Shown in pieces: positions 35,221 to 35,332 of a stretch of 35,332 nucleotides of DNA (position 1 is its first letter; each line of letters begins with the position of its first letter). The position numbers and the translations under genes are program-made. The notes under the pieces were generated by a model, which was not told the origin of the DNA, did not search any database, and saw only the letters and a list, made by a program, of their open reading frames with translations. The stretch comes from Catajapyx aquilonaris (taxonomy: Eukaryota): contig JYFJ02004061.1 in NCBI GenBank assembly GCA_000934665.2, positions 1 through 35,332 of the forward strand. Reading direction: 5' to 3'.

Positions 35221-35332
35221 GTTAGGGTGGAGGCCTTTTGCCGCTATGTTGCCACGTGGTCTTCTTGCTCCTAGTGTTACGCAGGGGTAGGCTCTGATGG
35301 GAGGGCAGGTGGAATAGAGGGTGCCAGGGGGT

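Overview
Eukaryotic genomic DNA, most likely insect or other arthropod (short GT-AG introns, arthropod-type U2 snRNA, insect-type Vps54 N-terminus, expanded orthologue). The right two-thirds hold three intact spliced genes. VPS54 (- strand, 11 coding exons, ~1002 aa) lies head-to-head with an SLC3A/rBAT-CD98hc-like heavy chain (+ strand, 5 coding exons, ~665 aa), which is tail-to-tail with the Hippo-pathway FERM gene expanded (- strand, 9 coding exons, ~991 aa). The 8.4-13.8 kb interval is transposon debris: a Sola-like transposase relic plus Tc1/pogo-, Harbinger-like and piggyBac-type MITEs. The most unusual part is the left 8.3 kb, a modular, inversion-rich AACCT/GC-palindrome repeat array that encloses an apparently intact U2 snRNA gene. 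That gene is bracketed by two outward-facing ~140-bp inverted cassettes. Each cassette carries U2 nt 1-38 followed by an antisense copy of U2 nt ~5-27, forming a hairpin with the branch-point-recognition region in its loop. A possible Utopia/NeSL-type zinc-finger relic and possible PIF1-helicase relics lie nearby, both weakly supported. Single Ns at 2361, 21699, 32390 and 33601 may be assembly gaps. All calls were made by eye; no database searches were run.
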